NCBI GenBank assembly: GCA_963740275.1
Contig: CAVUDT010000002.1
Location: forward strand, 227,418 to 291,417
Length of the DNA stretch: 64,000 nucleotides
Reading direction: 5' to 3'
Source: an uncultured Acidobacteriota bacterium
GTDB taxonomy: Bacteria; Acidobacteriota; Vicinamibacteria; Vicinamibacterales; 2-12-FULL-66-21
Below are positions 48,807 through 59,757 of this stretch, piece by piece. The notes beneath the pieces were generated by a model that was not told the DNA's origin, did not search any database, and saw only the letters and a program-made list of their open reading frames with translations. The translations under genes and the position numbers were made by a program. Within the stretch, counting starts at the first letter, position 1. The number at the start of each line of letters is the position of its first letter.

Positions 48807-50285
48807 CTAATAGAGATTTCCTGATCGCTTGCCGCCGGTGTAGTCGACGTAGACGACCTTCAGTTCGGTATAGAAGTCGATCGCCACGCTGCCCATCTCG
48901 CGGAGCCCGACGCCGGTCGCCTTCATGCCGCCGAAGGGGATGTGGGCCTCGCCGCCGACGGTCGGCGAGTTCACGTGGATGATTCCGGCCTCGAGCTCGT
49001 CGACGAAGTGGAACATCGAGGCAACATCGGTGGTGTAGATCGATGCCGACAGACCAAACCTGACCTCGTTGGCGATGCGCAGGGCGGTCTTCGCGTCTGC
49101 GGCACGGATGACCGAAAGGACCGGCCCGAAGATCTCTTCCTGCGCGATCCGCATGCCGGGATCGACGTGGTCGAAGATGGCCGGCGCCACGAAGTAGCCG
49201 CGGTCGCGTCCGCCGTCGCCGAGTCGCTCGCCGCCGCGGACCAGTTGTGCCCCCTCGCTCCTGCCGATGCCGACGTACTCGAGCACCGTTTCCAGCTGCT
49301 TGTCGTCCACCGACGGGCCGACGTTCGTCTTCGGGTCCATGCCGTTGCCGGTGACCAGCGAGGCCGCGCGCGCGTGCAGGCGCTCGACGAATTCGCTGGC
49401 GATCGAATCCGCGACCACCGCCCGGCTGGTGGCGGTGCAGCGCTGGCCGGTCGATCCGAACGCTCCCTGGATCGTGCTCTCGACCGCCAGCTCGAGATCC
49501 GCGTCGGCCAGCACCACGATCGGGTTCTTGCCCCCCATCTCGCACTGGCACTTGATGCCGCGGGCCGCCGCGGCGGAGTAGAGGCCGACGCCGACGTCAT
49601 TCGAGCCGGTGAACGACACCGCCTGGATCGCCGGATGCTTCACGATCGTGTCGCCGACCTCGCGTCCGCCGCCGTAGATCAGGTTCAGCACGCCTGGCGG
49701 CAGGCCGCATTCCTCGAAGATCTCGACGATCAACGTCGCGGTGAGCGGCGTCAGGCTCGCCGGCTTGAACACGATCGTATTGCCCGAGACCAGCGCCGGA
49801 GCGATCTTCCAGATCGGGATCGCGATCGGGAAGTTCCAGGGCGTGATGATCGCCACCGGGCCAACCGGCTGCTTGAGGGTGTAGCAGAAGTTGCTCGGCA
49901 GCTCGGACGGTATCGTCTCGCCGGTGATCCGGCGCGCCTGCCCGGCGAAGAACTCGACGACGTTGATCGCGCGCTGGACCTCGCCGCGGGACTCGCCGAT
50001 CGTCTTGCCCTCTTCGCGGGTCAGGGCTTCCGCCAGCTCCTGCTTGCGGTCCTCCATCCGCCGCTGGACCTTGAACAGGATCTGGCCGCGGACCGGCGCC
50101 GGCGTCCGGCGCCAGCCCTCGAACGCGCGGGCGGCGGCCTCGCACGCCTGCGCCGCCTCGGCCGCGGTCGAAGCCGGGGCCTCGGCTACGACCTCGGAGG
50201 CGTCGGCCGGGTTGTAATCGGGGATCATCTTCCCGCTCTGCGAGTCGGTCCATTGACCGGCGATGAAATTCTTCAGTGTGCGCAT
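48807..50285 (-). CDS. NAD(P)-dependent aldehyde dehydrogenase (semialdehyde dehydrogenase candidate in the pyrimidine/beta-alanine pathway)
   Basis: ...ITPWNFP...FTGS...; catalytic GQRCTA; glutamate box ...EEIFGPV... Confidence 0.85.
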   Translation of the reverse strand: MRTLKNFIAGQWTDSQSGKMIPDYNPADASEVVAEAPASTAAEAAQACEAAARAFEGWRRTPAPVRGQILFKVQRRMEDRKQELAEALTREEGKTIGESRGEVQRAINVVEFFAGQARRITGETIPSELPSNFCYTLKQPVGPVAIITPWNFPIAIPIWKIAPALVSGNTIVFKPASLTPLTATLIVEIFEECGLPPGVLNLIYGGGREVGDTIVKHPAIQAVSFTGSNDVGVGLYSAAAARGIKCQCEMGGKNPIVVLADADLELAVESTIQGAFGSTGQRCTATSRAVVADSIASEFVERLHARAASLVTGNGMDPKTNVGPSVDDKQLETVLEYVGIGRSEGAQLVRGGERLGDGGRDRGYFVAPAIFDHVDPGMRIAQEEIFGPVLSVIRAADAKTALRIANEVRFGLSASIYTTDVASMFHFVDELEAGIIHVNSPTVGGEAHIPFGGMKATGVGLREMGSVAIDFYTELKVVYVDYTGGKRSGNLY

Positions 50286-50291
50286 CGGGAA

Positions 50292-50354
50292 CCTGAACGA
50301 AACTCAGAACTCAGAACTCAGCATCCAGAACCTGGAACCCAGAACCTAGAACCT
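50292..50354. repeat. heptamer tandem repeat, family 1 (reverse orientation, ~8 units), in the divergent promoter region
   Basis: aactcagaactcagaactcagcatccagaacctggaacccagaacctagaacctga. Confidence 0.6.
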
Positions 50355-50421
50355 GATGAGCCCCCCTGTCAAGGCAGCGAGTGCTAAGATGCCGGCTTCA
50401 ACCCCGCAAGGAGATCATCAA

Positions 50422-51555
50422 ATGGGCGCTGATTTGTCGGTCACATTCACCGGCCTGCGATTCCCGAACCCGTTCCTGTTGTCGTCGGCGCCGCCGACCG
50501 AATCCGACAGCAACATCATGCGTGCCTTCGACGCCGGATGGGGCGGCGTGGTCACCAAGACGATCGGCCTGCACCCGGTGACCAACGTCGCCGGACCCAA
50601 GACCAAGTTCCTGCGGACAGACCCGGCGACGACGCGGATGTCGATGCAGAAGCGACCGGGGAGCGCGCTCCACTCATCGTGGAACTGGGAGCTCATCTCC
50701 GACAAGACGATCGACTGGTGGCTGCCGAAGATCGAGCGCATCAAGGCGGCGCATCCCGACCGGATCCTGGTGGCGTCGATCATGGCCGGATCCGGCAGCG
50801 ACAAGGAGCTGCGGCACTGGCAGGAGCTGGCGGCGGGGTGCCAGGATGCCGGCGCCGACGCCTTCGAGCTCAACCTCTCGTGCCCGCACATGGACCGGCA
50901 AGACATGGGATCCAATGTCGGCAAGGATGCCGGCCTGATCTCCGTCGTCACCAAGGTCGTGAAGGAAGTCGCGCGGGTGCCGGTGTGGTGCAAGCTGACG
51001 CCGTCCACGACCGACATCGCCGCCGAGGCGCGCGCGTCGTTCGCCGCCGGCGCCGACGCGATCGTGTCGTCGAACACGTTCCCGTCGCTGCCGCCGATCG
51101 ACCCGGCGACGCTGGAGTTCGAGGTCAACGTCGACGGCTACGTGTCGAGCGGCGGTCTCGGCGGCCCGGCCATCCTGCCGCTCTCGCTCGCCAAGATGGC
51201 GCAGATGACGCAGGTCTTCCCCGATAAGGCCTTCTCCGGCATCGGCGGCGTCTCGGATTTCTCGCACGCGCTCAGTTTTTTCCTGCTCGGCTGCGGCACC
51301 GTCCAGGTCTGCACCGCCGCGATGCTCGACCATGCGATCGGTCCCGGCGTGATCAAGGGACTGAACGAGGGGCTGGCGGCGTTTCTCGAGGCGAACGCCG
51401 ACCGGGGCTGGAAGTCGGTCGACGACTTCCGCGGCCTCCGCCGCGACCGTGTCGTTCAGCACTCGAAGATCCGGCGGCCGGAGGGGAAGGAATACTTCGG
51501 TGGGCAGGATGCGCCGGAAGGCTACGCCGCGCCGTCAGAGGTAGCGGGCCGCTGA
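50422..51555 (+). CDS. dihydroorotate/dihydropyrimidine dehydrogenase-family flavoprotein (PreA-like catalytic subunit candidate)
   Basis: LRFPNPFLLSSAPPTES...GWGGVVTKTI...ELNLSCPHM...CKLTP...VSSNT...; AAGGAG SD 8 nt before ATG 50422. Confidence 0.75.
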   Translation: MGADLSVTFTGLRFPNPFLLSSAPPTESDSNIMRAFDAGWGGVVTKTIGLHPVTNVAGPKTKFLRTDPATTRMSMQKRPGSALHSSWNWELISDKTIDWWLPKIERIKAAHPDRILVASIMAGSGSDKELRHWQELAAGCQDAGADAFELNLSCPHMDRQDMGSNVGKDAGLISVVTKVVKEVARVPVWCKLTPSTTDIAAEARASFAAGADAIVSSNTFPSLPPIDPATLEFEVNVDGYVSSGGLGGPAILPLSLAKMAQMTQVFPDKAFSGIGGVSDFSHALSFFLLGCGTVQVCTAAMLDHAIGPGVIKGLNEGLAAFLEANADRGWKSVDDFRGLRRDRVVQHSKIRRPEGKEYFGGQDAPEGYAAPSEVAGR

Positions 51556-51567
51556 CGGCATGGCAAA

Positions 51568-51627
51568 GGGAAATGGCAGATGGTAGAAAGCGGCTAACAG
51601 TCGCCCGTCTACCATCTACCATTTCCC
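51568..51627. terminator. 20-bp-stem hairpin between convergent genes (candidate bidirectional terminator, no clear U-tract)
   Basis: gggaaatggcagatggtaga-N20-tctaccatctaccatttccc (one mismatch). Confidence 0.35.
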
Positions 51628-51638
51628 ATCACCATTAC

Positions 51639-52190
51639 TTACTTGATCGTCCAGAGATAGACGTTGCGGCCGTCGACGTCGATCGTCTTTTCCGGCGGCC
51701 ACTGCTCGCCCATGCTGAAACTCTGTGACACCACACGCGTGCCTGGCTTCAGCTCTTTCTGAAGTTTCGGCATCAGCTTGATGTTGAGCGACTGCAGCAG
51801 GTAGAGGGTGACCACCGTGGCGTCCTTGATGTCGGCCTCGAACAGGTCTCCCTGCCGGATCTCGACCTTGTCGGAGACCCCCATCTTCTGGGCGCGCTCG
51901 GTGGCTTCCTTGACGCGCTGCGGGTCGATGTCGATCCCGACGGCGCGCGCGCCGTACTTCTGTGCCGCCGTCGCGACGATGACGCCGTCGCCACAGCCGA
52001 GGTCGTAGACCACATCGGTCGGCTTGACGTCGGCCAGCTTCAGCATGGCGTCGACGACCGCGGGAGGTGTCGGCACCCAGTGAATGTCGGGCCGCCGCAG
52101 CGGCGCCTGGGTCTGCGCCTGCTGCGCCGCAATCGGCAGAACGGAGACCACCGCCGCCAGAAGGATCGCCGCAATCACTCGAAATCTCAT
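51639..52190 (-). CDS. class I SAM-dependent methyltransferase with an N-terminal signal peptide
   Basis: MRFRVIAAILLAAVVSVLPIAAQQ then motif I VVYDLGCGDGVIV. Confidence 0.7.
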   Translation of the reverse strand: MRFRVIAAILLAAVVSVLPIAAQQAQTQAPLRRPDIHWVPTPPAVVDAMLKLADVKPTDVVYDLGCGDGVIVATAAQKYGARAVGIDIDPQRVKEATERAQKMGVSDKVEIRQGDLFEADIKDATVVTLYLLQSLNIKLMPKLQKELKPGTRVVSQSFSMGEQWPPEKTIDVDGRNVYLWTIK

Positions 52191-52192
52191 CA

Positions 52193-52288
52193 GTTCAGCT
52201 CCTAGTCAAGCTGTCAGCTCTCAGCCCTCAGCTATCAGCAAATCCTCAAACACCAATCACCGATCCGCAGTCCCCATCCCCCATCCCC
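52193..52288. repeat. composite heptamer-periodic repeat, family 2 (CAGCTNN units then CACCAAT/CCGCAGT/CCCCATC units)
   Basis: cagttcagctcctagtcaagctgtcagctctcagccctcagctatcagcaaatcctcaaacaccaatcaccgatccgcagtccccatcccccatcccc. Confidence 0.6.
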
Positions 52289-52861
52289 TCAGTAACCCAT
52301 TTCCCGCTGAATCCCTCTGACTATACGTTCGAGCTCTTCGACCAGCTTACCGCCGCCGGCATGCCGGAAGGCGCGCACCAGCCCTTCGTAGTAGGCGATC
52401 ACGTCGTCGGCGGGCGCGTTGAACCGGTCCCAGACCTCCTCGCCGGTGTTCCGCAGGTCCCGCAGGATCGCGTAGGAATTGTGCACCTTGTCGGCCGCCG
52501 CCACTCGCAGGCTGGGGGCAGGAAGCGCACGGGCGTGTTCGATGTAGTCGCGCTTGCGATCGATCCAGGGACGCTTGGGCGTTTCCCACGAGTCGGTGCA
52601 GTCTTCGACGATGCGGGCGACCGGCTCGCCGAAGCGGGCGCGGATCTCCTCGAGCCGCGGGCGCCCGCCATGATCCTCGGCGGCGTCGTGCAGCAGCGCG
52701 CCAATCGCTTCGTCCTCGGTGCCGCCGTCGTCGATCACGATCGACGCGACACCCAACAGGTGACCGACGTACGGGGAGCCGTTGCCTTTTCGCCGCTGCT
52801 GGCGATGCACGTCGTGCGTGTATTTCAGGGCGTCATCGAACCGGGCGGTGAGCTCCGTCAT
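52289..52861 (-). CDS. HD-domain metal-dependent phosphohydrolase
   Basis: ...YVGHLLGVA...LLHDAAEDHGG... Confidence 0.7.
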   Translation of the reverse strand: MTELTARFDDALKYTHDVHRQQRRKGNGSPYVGHLLGVASIVIDDGGTEDEAIGALLHDAAEDHGGRPRLEEIRARFGEPVARIVEDCTDSWETPKRPWIDRKRDYIEHARALPAPSLRVAAADKVHNSYAILRDLRNTGEEVWDRFNAPADDVIAYYEGLVRAFRHAGGGKLVEELERIVRGIQREMGY

Positions 52862-52925
52862 CGCGCCTCACTCTCTCGGCCACTATTCTAGGTCACGCTA
52901 GTATCTGGGCAGCACCGACCGCGGA

Positions 52926-55548
52926 TTGTTTCGACTGGATGGAGCGGACGGACGGGTTTCGCTGCGGGCCGTCGACATCCAGCTCCCTCGCGAATATCCA
53001 GAGCAACGGGTGATCGCCGATGTATTGGAGGATGCCGAGGGCTCGCTGTGGATCGCCGCGCCCAGTGGCTTATATCGCCGAAGGCCGGACGGCCGATCCG
53101 ATCGGTACACGCGAGCCGACGGCCTGCCGAGCGATTTCCTTCAAGACCTGCTCGAGGACCGTGCGGGCCGGCTGTGGGTCGGCACCCGGCTTGGCGGGTT
53201 CTTTCGGTTTCAGGCTCGCCCGGCGGGGGGCCGCCCGCTCATCGACCAGGCTTTCACCTATCTTCCCGAGGATGAATATGGCCTGCAGACGTCCTGGGTG
53301 TTCCAGCTCTTCGAGACATCCGACCGGCGGTTGTTGCTTGCGACCGCCCGTGGGCTGGTGGAGTTCTCTACGGATGCGGCCCGACCGCAGCGCTTCCGCA
53401 ACTACACGGCGCGGAACGGGCTGAGCGATCACAACATCACGGCCATCGCCGAAGATTCCGGCGGCAACGTGTGGCTCGGCACGAGCACCGCGGGCGCGAT
53501 GAAGTTGACGCGAAGCGGCTTCACGTCCTACAACGACCTCGACGGAATCGCGTCCGTGAATGCGATCTTCGAAGATCGCGCCGGGCACGTCTGCTTCCGC
53601 GGTACGTCGTTCGACGTCCGTTCCAGCGTCTTCGCGCATGCCAGAAAGGATCTCAATCGCGCGCCGGATCCTCTGATCAAGCCGCAGCTTGGATGTCTGG
53701 ACGGTCAGCGGGTCAACTGGTTCAAGCCGTCGGCGGTCAACGATCTCGGCTGGGTCATCGAGCGGGTCACGCTCCAGAGCCGCAGTGGCGACTGGTGGGT
53801 CGGCACCGGGGAGGGGCTCTACCGCTTCCCGCCGTCCGCCGATTTCGCACAGCTCGCAACCGCACGACCGGCAGCCGTCTATACGGTGAAGGCCGGCCTG
53901 GCCGGCCCGCAGATCTACCGGCTGTTCGAAGACTCCAGAGGGAACGTCTGGATCTCGACCACATCGCCGACCGCAAGCGGGCTGGCGCGGTGGGAACCAG
54001 GGAGTCAGCGCATCACCAGTCTGGCGGCCCGGCCGGACCTCGCCGCTCTCGCGGACGACCGGCCGGCGCGATCCTTCGCCGAGGACGCGGCCGGGAGCAT
54101 CTGGATCGGTTTTGACAGCGAGCTGGTGCGCTACAAAGAGGGCCGGTTCGACATCTTCGATTCGGACGACGGGCTGCCGCCCGGCGCGATCAGCGACATC
54201 CACCCCGACCGCGCCGGACGGATCTGGTTCGCGTCTTCGCAGAGCGGACTCGTGCTGGTCAGCAACCCGGGTGAAGACCGTCCTGCTTTCATCAGTTACA
54301 CGACCGCCCACGGCCTGTCGAGCAACAACACCGAGGTGATCAGCGAGGATCGCCGGGGCCGGATCTATCTCGGAGGCGGGCGCGGCCTGGACCGGTTCGA
54401 CCCTGCGAGCGGCGTGGTCAAACACTTCACGACCGCCGATGGTCTGCCATCCGGGCTCTTTCGCACCGCCTTTCACGACCGGGCCGGCGTGCTCTGGCTC
54501 GGCATGACCGGTGGCCTTGCGCGGCTCCACCAGGCGTCGGAAGAGGTGCAGCCACCCCCGCTCGTGTTGATCAGCGCTCTGCGCTTGCGAGGCGTACCGC
54601 AAGCGATCTCTCCGCTGGGCGAACGACGCCTGGTGTATCCGGCCTTCGGGGCGGACGAGAATCAAATGCAGATCGACTTCACCGGGCTGAACTCGCCGGG
54701 AGAGGTTCTGCGTTACCAGTACCCGGTTGGGAGGCAGCGACGAGGATTGGAGTGTCCTCTCGGAGCAACGAAGTGTGACCTACGCCAGCCTGTCGCCTGG
54801 GCGGTACACGTTCGCCGTCCGCGCAATGAACTCCGACGGCGTCGTGAGCTCGGCCCCGGCCGAAGTGATCTTCGCGATCATGCCCCCGATCTGGCAGCGC
54901 CCGTATTTCATCGCCTTGCTCGCCCTCGCCTGCGGGGCGCTGGCCTACGCGGCCTACCGTTACCGGGTCGCGAGGCTGCTCGAGATCGCCGACATGCGCA
55001 CGCGCATCGCCACGGATCTCCATGACGACATCGGCGCCAATCTGACCCGGATCGCACTGCTAACCCAGGTCGTGGGCCACGGCCGCCACGACGATGGGCC
55101 GGTGAGCTCGATCGCCCGGATCGCCCGCGAATCAGTTGACTCGATGCGCGACATCGTCTGGGCCATCAACCCCGGGCGTGAGAGCCTGGTGGATCTGACC
55201 CGCCGCATGCGCCAGCACGCCGACGAGATCTTCACCTTGCGCGAGATCGAGCTGCACTTCAGCGCGCCAGGACCGGCCGACAACATCAAGCTCGGGGTCG
55301 ACGTTCGCCGCGATCTCCTGCTGATCTTCAAGGAAGCCGTGAGCAACGTCGCTCGTCACGCCGGCTGCAGGAGTGTCCGCATCGATCTGCAGCATCGCCG
55401 CGGACGCCTGACGCTGACGGTCAGCGACGACGGGACCGGCTTCGACACCTCGATCGAGACCGACGGCCAGGGGCTGACCAGCATACGGCGGCGGGCCGCC
55501 AGGCTGCAGGGTCAGGTCGCGATCACCTCTACTTCTTCGGGGTACTGA
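52926..55548 (+). CDS. sensor histidine kinase with a ~690-aa beta-propeller (Reg_prop repeats) plus Y_Y_Y sensor region, one TM, and HisKA_3/HATPase_c; lacks an N-terminal signal/TM; frame shift near 54722
   Basis: Repeated ...G.LW.GT..GL blades. Y_Y_Y RLGGSDEDWSVL...SPGRYTFAVRA. TM PYFIALLALACGALAYAAY. H-box TDLHDDIGANLTRIAL. ATPase ...TVSDDGTGFD...GQGLTSIRRR. TTG start with a stop immediately upstream. Confidence 0.65.
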
Positions 55549-55570
55549 CGGTCTCGGTGAATCTGCCGAC

Positions 55571-56209
55571 ATGACTTCGATCAAGGTCGTGTTGATCGAG
55601 GACCTGCGTGAAGTGCGTGACGGCCTCGCCGCCCTGATCAACGGTGCAGAGGGTTTCCAGTGTGCCGGCAGCTACCGGACGATGGAGGACGCTCTCAAGG
55701 CGCTGAATGCACAGCCGCCCGACGTGATCCTGACCGACATCGGGTTGCCGGGCATGAACGGGATCGACGGCACCCGTCTTCTCCATGATCGCTTTCCGCA
55801 GGTGCCGATTCTGGCAATCACCGTGTATGACGACGACGAGAGCGTGTTCAAGGCTATCTGCGCCGGCGCGTCAGGTTATCTGTTGAAGAACACGGCGCCG
55901 GATCGCCTGTTGGAGTCTTTGAGAGAAGTGGTCAATGGCGGCGCGCCGATGTCGCCCGACATCGCGCGGCGGGTGATCACCCTGTTCCGCAAGGTTCGTC
56001 CACCGGAGCGCGCCACCTACCGGCTCACGCCTCAGGAAACGGAACTGCTGAAGCTGATGGTGGAGGGGCATCACTACAAGACCGCAGCGGGCGTGATGGG
56101 GATCTCCGTCAATACCGTCTCGTTCCACTTGAAACACATCTACGAAAAGCTGCAGGTGCATTCCAAGACCGAAGCCGTCGCCAAGGCGCTCCGCGAACAC
56201 CTGATCTAG
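55571..56209 (+). CDS. NarL/FixJ-family response regulator (REC + LuxR-type HTH)
   Basis: VVLIEDLREVRDG...DVILTDIGLPGMNG...; C-terminal LTPQETELLKLMVEGHHYKTAAGVMGISVNTVSFHLKHIYEKLQV. Confidence 0.9.
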   Translation: MTSIKVVLIEDLREVRDGLAALINGAEGFQCAGSYRTMEDALKALNAQPPDVILTDIGLPGMNGIDGTRLLHDRFPQVPILAITVYDDDESVFKAICAGASGYLLKNTAPDRLLESLREVVNGGAPMSPDIARRVITLFRKVRPPERATYRLTPQETELLKLMVEGHHYKTAAGVMGISVNTVSFHLKHIYEKLQVHSKTEAVAKALREHLI

Positions 56210-56228
56210 TCCCGCTATCCGACCCACC

Positions 56229-56243
56229 TACGTATCTACGTAG
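56229..56243. promoter_or_regulatory. tandem/palindromic TACGTAT-C-TACGTAG heptamers downstream of the NarL-type regulator gene; candidate LuxR-family binding site
   Basis: tacgtatctacgtag (TACGTA is self-complementary), in an AT-richer patch. Confidence 0.3.
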
Positions 56244-56305
56244 TTATGCCGCGCCATTTCGCGGTGCTACACCTATCTCTTCATCTGGGGTGAGGAGGTA
56301 CGGCA

Positions 56306-56371
56306 GTGGCGAGGCGTGTGGTGATCGGCGCGGTCATGCTGGTGCTGTCGTCGGCACTCTCCGGACGGTGA
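56306..56371 (+). CDS. candidate 21-aa hydrophobic small ORF upstream of the lipoprotein gene
   Basis: GAGGAGG SD 6 nt before GTG; VARRVVIGAVMLVLSSALSGR*. Confidence 0.2.
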   Translation: MARRVVIGAVMLVLSSALSGR

Positions 56372-56393
56372 TCAGGAACAGCCAGGAGATCAA

Positions 56394-57065
56394 ATGCGAC
56401 TCACGCACTTCAACCGGATTGTCATGACGGTTGTCGGCCTGGGGCTGGCGGCGTGCTCGGGCGACCCGGCGACCTCACCGGGCCCAGCCCCGCCTCTGCC
56501 CGTCCTGACGCACATTCTGCCGCTGAGTGGACCGACCACCGGCGGGACAGCCGCAACGATAAGCGGCAGCGGATTCCTGGCGGGCGCCACGGTCAGGTTC
56601 GCCGACACCGCGGCCCAGGTCACATCGATCAGCAGCAACGCAATCGTGATCGTCACTCCGCCGCACCCTTTCGGGTTCGCAGACGTCGTGGTGATAAACC
56701 CGGATGGCCATCGGGGGATGCTGTCACGTGGGTTCTCGTTTGTCCTGGAAGATCCCAGCCTGCCCGGAGATGGGGCCCTCTACAAGCTCACCGCCAGCCC
56801 GGAGATCGTGGCGCCAGGGCGTGAACTGACCCTCACCTGGAACGGACCACGCCCTACCCATACCGATTGGGTAGGTCTGTTCAAGGTTGGGGACCCGAAT
56901 ACGGCCCAGGTCTGGGCCAACTGGGCCAACAACTCGAACAAGTTCACGATTCCGGCACCTGCGTCGAGCGGCGAATACGAGTTTCGCTATCTGCCGAACG
57001 AGGGGATCGTCGATATCGCGAGGAGCAATCCCGTCAAGGTGGTTGTTCCGTCCGCGAACCGCTGA
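56394..57065 (+). CDS. lipoprotein with an IPT/TIG domain
   Basis: Lipobox LGLAAC|SG. VLTHILPLSGPTTGGTAATISGSGFLAGATVRF...IVIVTPP... AGGAG SD. Confidence 0.7.
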   Translation: MRLTHFNRIVMTVVGLGLAACSGDPATSPGPAPPLPVLTHILPLSGPTTGGTAATISGSGFLAGATVRFADTAAQVTSISSNAIVIVTPPHPFGFADVVVINPDGHRGMLSRGFSFVLEDPSLPGDGALYKLTASPEIVAPGRELTLTWNGPRPTHTDWVGLFKVGDPNTAQVWANWANNSNKFTIPAPASSGEYEFRYLPNEGIVDIARSNPVKVVVPSANR

Positions 57066-57154
57066 TTCGTCAGTGCGGCATGCACGGACGTGAGCCGTAC
57101 AATCAGCAGCGGTGGACGAGCTGAGCGACTCCGGTATTCGAGTCACTCCAGACG

Positions 57155-57610
57155 ATGGGCATTGATCACGATGCCTACGAGCATCCGCCTGTCTTCACCA
57201 CCGAGGACGTCGAGAAATACTGGCGCGGCATACCGGCGACCCCGGTCAAGAACCTGTTCCTGCGTAACAAGAAGGGGAACCGGCATTACTTGGTGATCGT
57301 CGGCGTCGACAAGCGGGTGGACCTGCACCAGCTCGTCAAGGTCATCGGTGACGACAGGCTCAGCTTCGGTTCGGCCGAGCGGCTGATGGAGAAACTCGGC
57401 CTGACCCCAGGGTCGGTCTCCCCGTTCGGCCTGCTGCACGAGGGGAGCGCCGATGTGCGGGTGATCATCGACGAGGATCTTCGCCAGGCCGAGCGGCTGA
57501 TCTTTCATCCGAACATCAACACCGCCAGCGTGACGATCTCGTTCGCGGACTTCGAGAGGTTCCTCGCGTCCAGAGGCAACGCCGTACGTTTCCTGACGAT
57601 GGGATCGTGA
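57155..57610 (+). CDS. YbaK/ProX-type aminoacyl-tRNA deacylase
   Basis: ...VKNLFLRNKKGNRHYLVIV...SFGSAERLMEKLGLTPGSVSPFGLL... Confidence 0.75.
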   Translation: MGIDHDAYEHPPVFTTEDVEKYWRGIPATPVKNLFLRNKKGNRHYLVIVGVDKRVDLHQLVKVIGDDRLSFGSAERLMEKLGLTPGSVSPFGLLHEGSADVRVIIDEDLRQAERLIFHPNINTASVTISFADFERFLASRGNAVRFLTMGS

Positions 57611-57623
57611 GGTGAACGGCAGA

Positions 57624-57765
57624 CATTGCGGATCAGGGGATTGCGGATTGCCGATCGACGGATCTTTGATCGTGGATTGGAGCGCCGAATCAGCATCCCA
57701 ATCAAGAATCCAAAATCCCCAATCCGTCAATCAGCAGTCCGCAATCCACAATCCGCAATCCGCAA
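57624..57765. repeat. ~140-bp imperfect palindrome of family-2 heptamers between convergent ProX and typA genes
   Basis: cattgcggatcaggggattgcggattgcc...gtggattgg | agcgccgaatcagc | atcccaatcaagaatccaaaatccccaatccgtcaatc...caatccacaatccgcaatccgcaac. Confidence 0.7.
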
Positions 57766-59607
<1,842 letters not shown>

Positions 59608-59664
59608 CTCTACAGTGTACCTGCAATGCTGACCCCTCGACAGGCTCGGGGCTGCGGGTTTATT

Positions 59665-59732
59665 GATGAATGCTGAAGTAAAGGGGAAATGCTGAAGTAT
59701 CTGAGTCCTTGCCCCTTATTTCAGCATTCAAC
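59665..59732 (-). terminator. ~18-bp-stem imperfect hairpin between the OMP gene and typA (candidate terminator or typA 5'-UTR structure)
   Basis: gaatgctgaagtaaagggg...ccccttatttcagcattc. Confidence 0.3.
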
Positions 59733-59757
59733 ATTCAGCCCTCAGCCTTGCGGAGGG

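Noticed and set aside
56255-56272. CCGCG-ccattt-CGCGG small hairpin after the response-regulator gene as a terminator
   Set aside because: The stem is only 5 bp with no convincing U-tract. Too weak to call.
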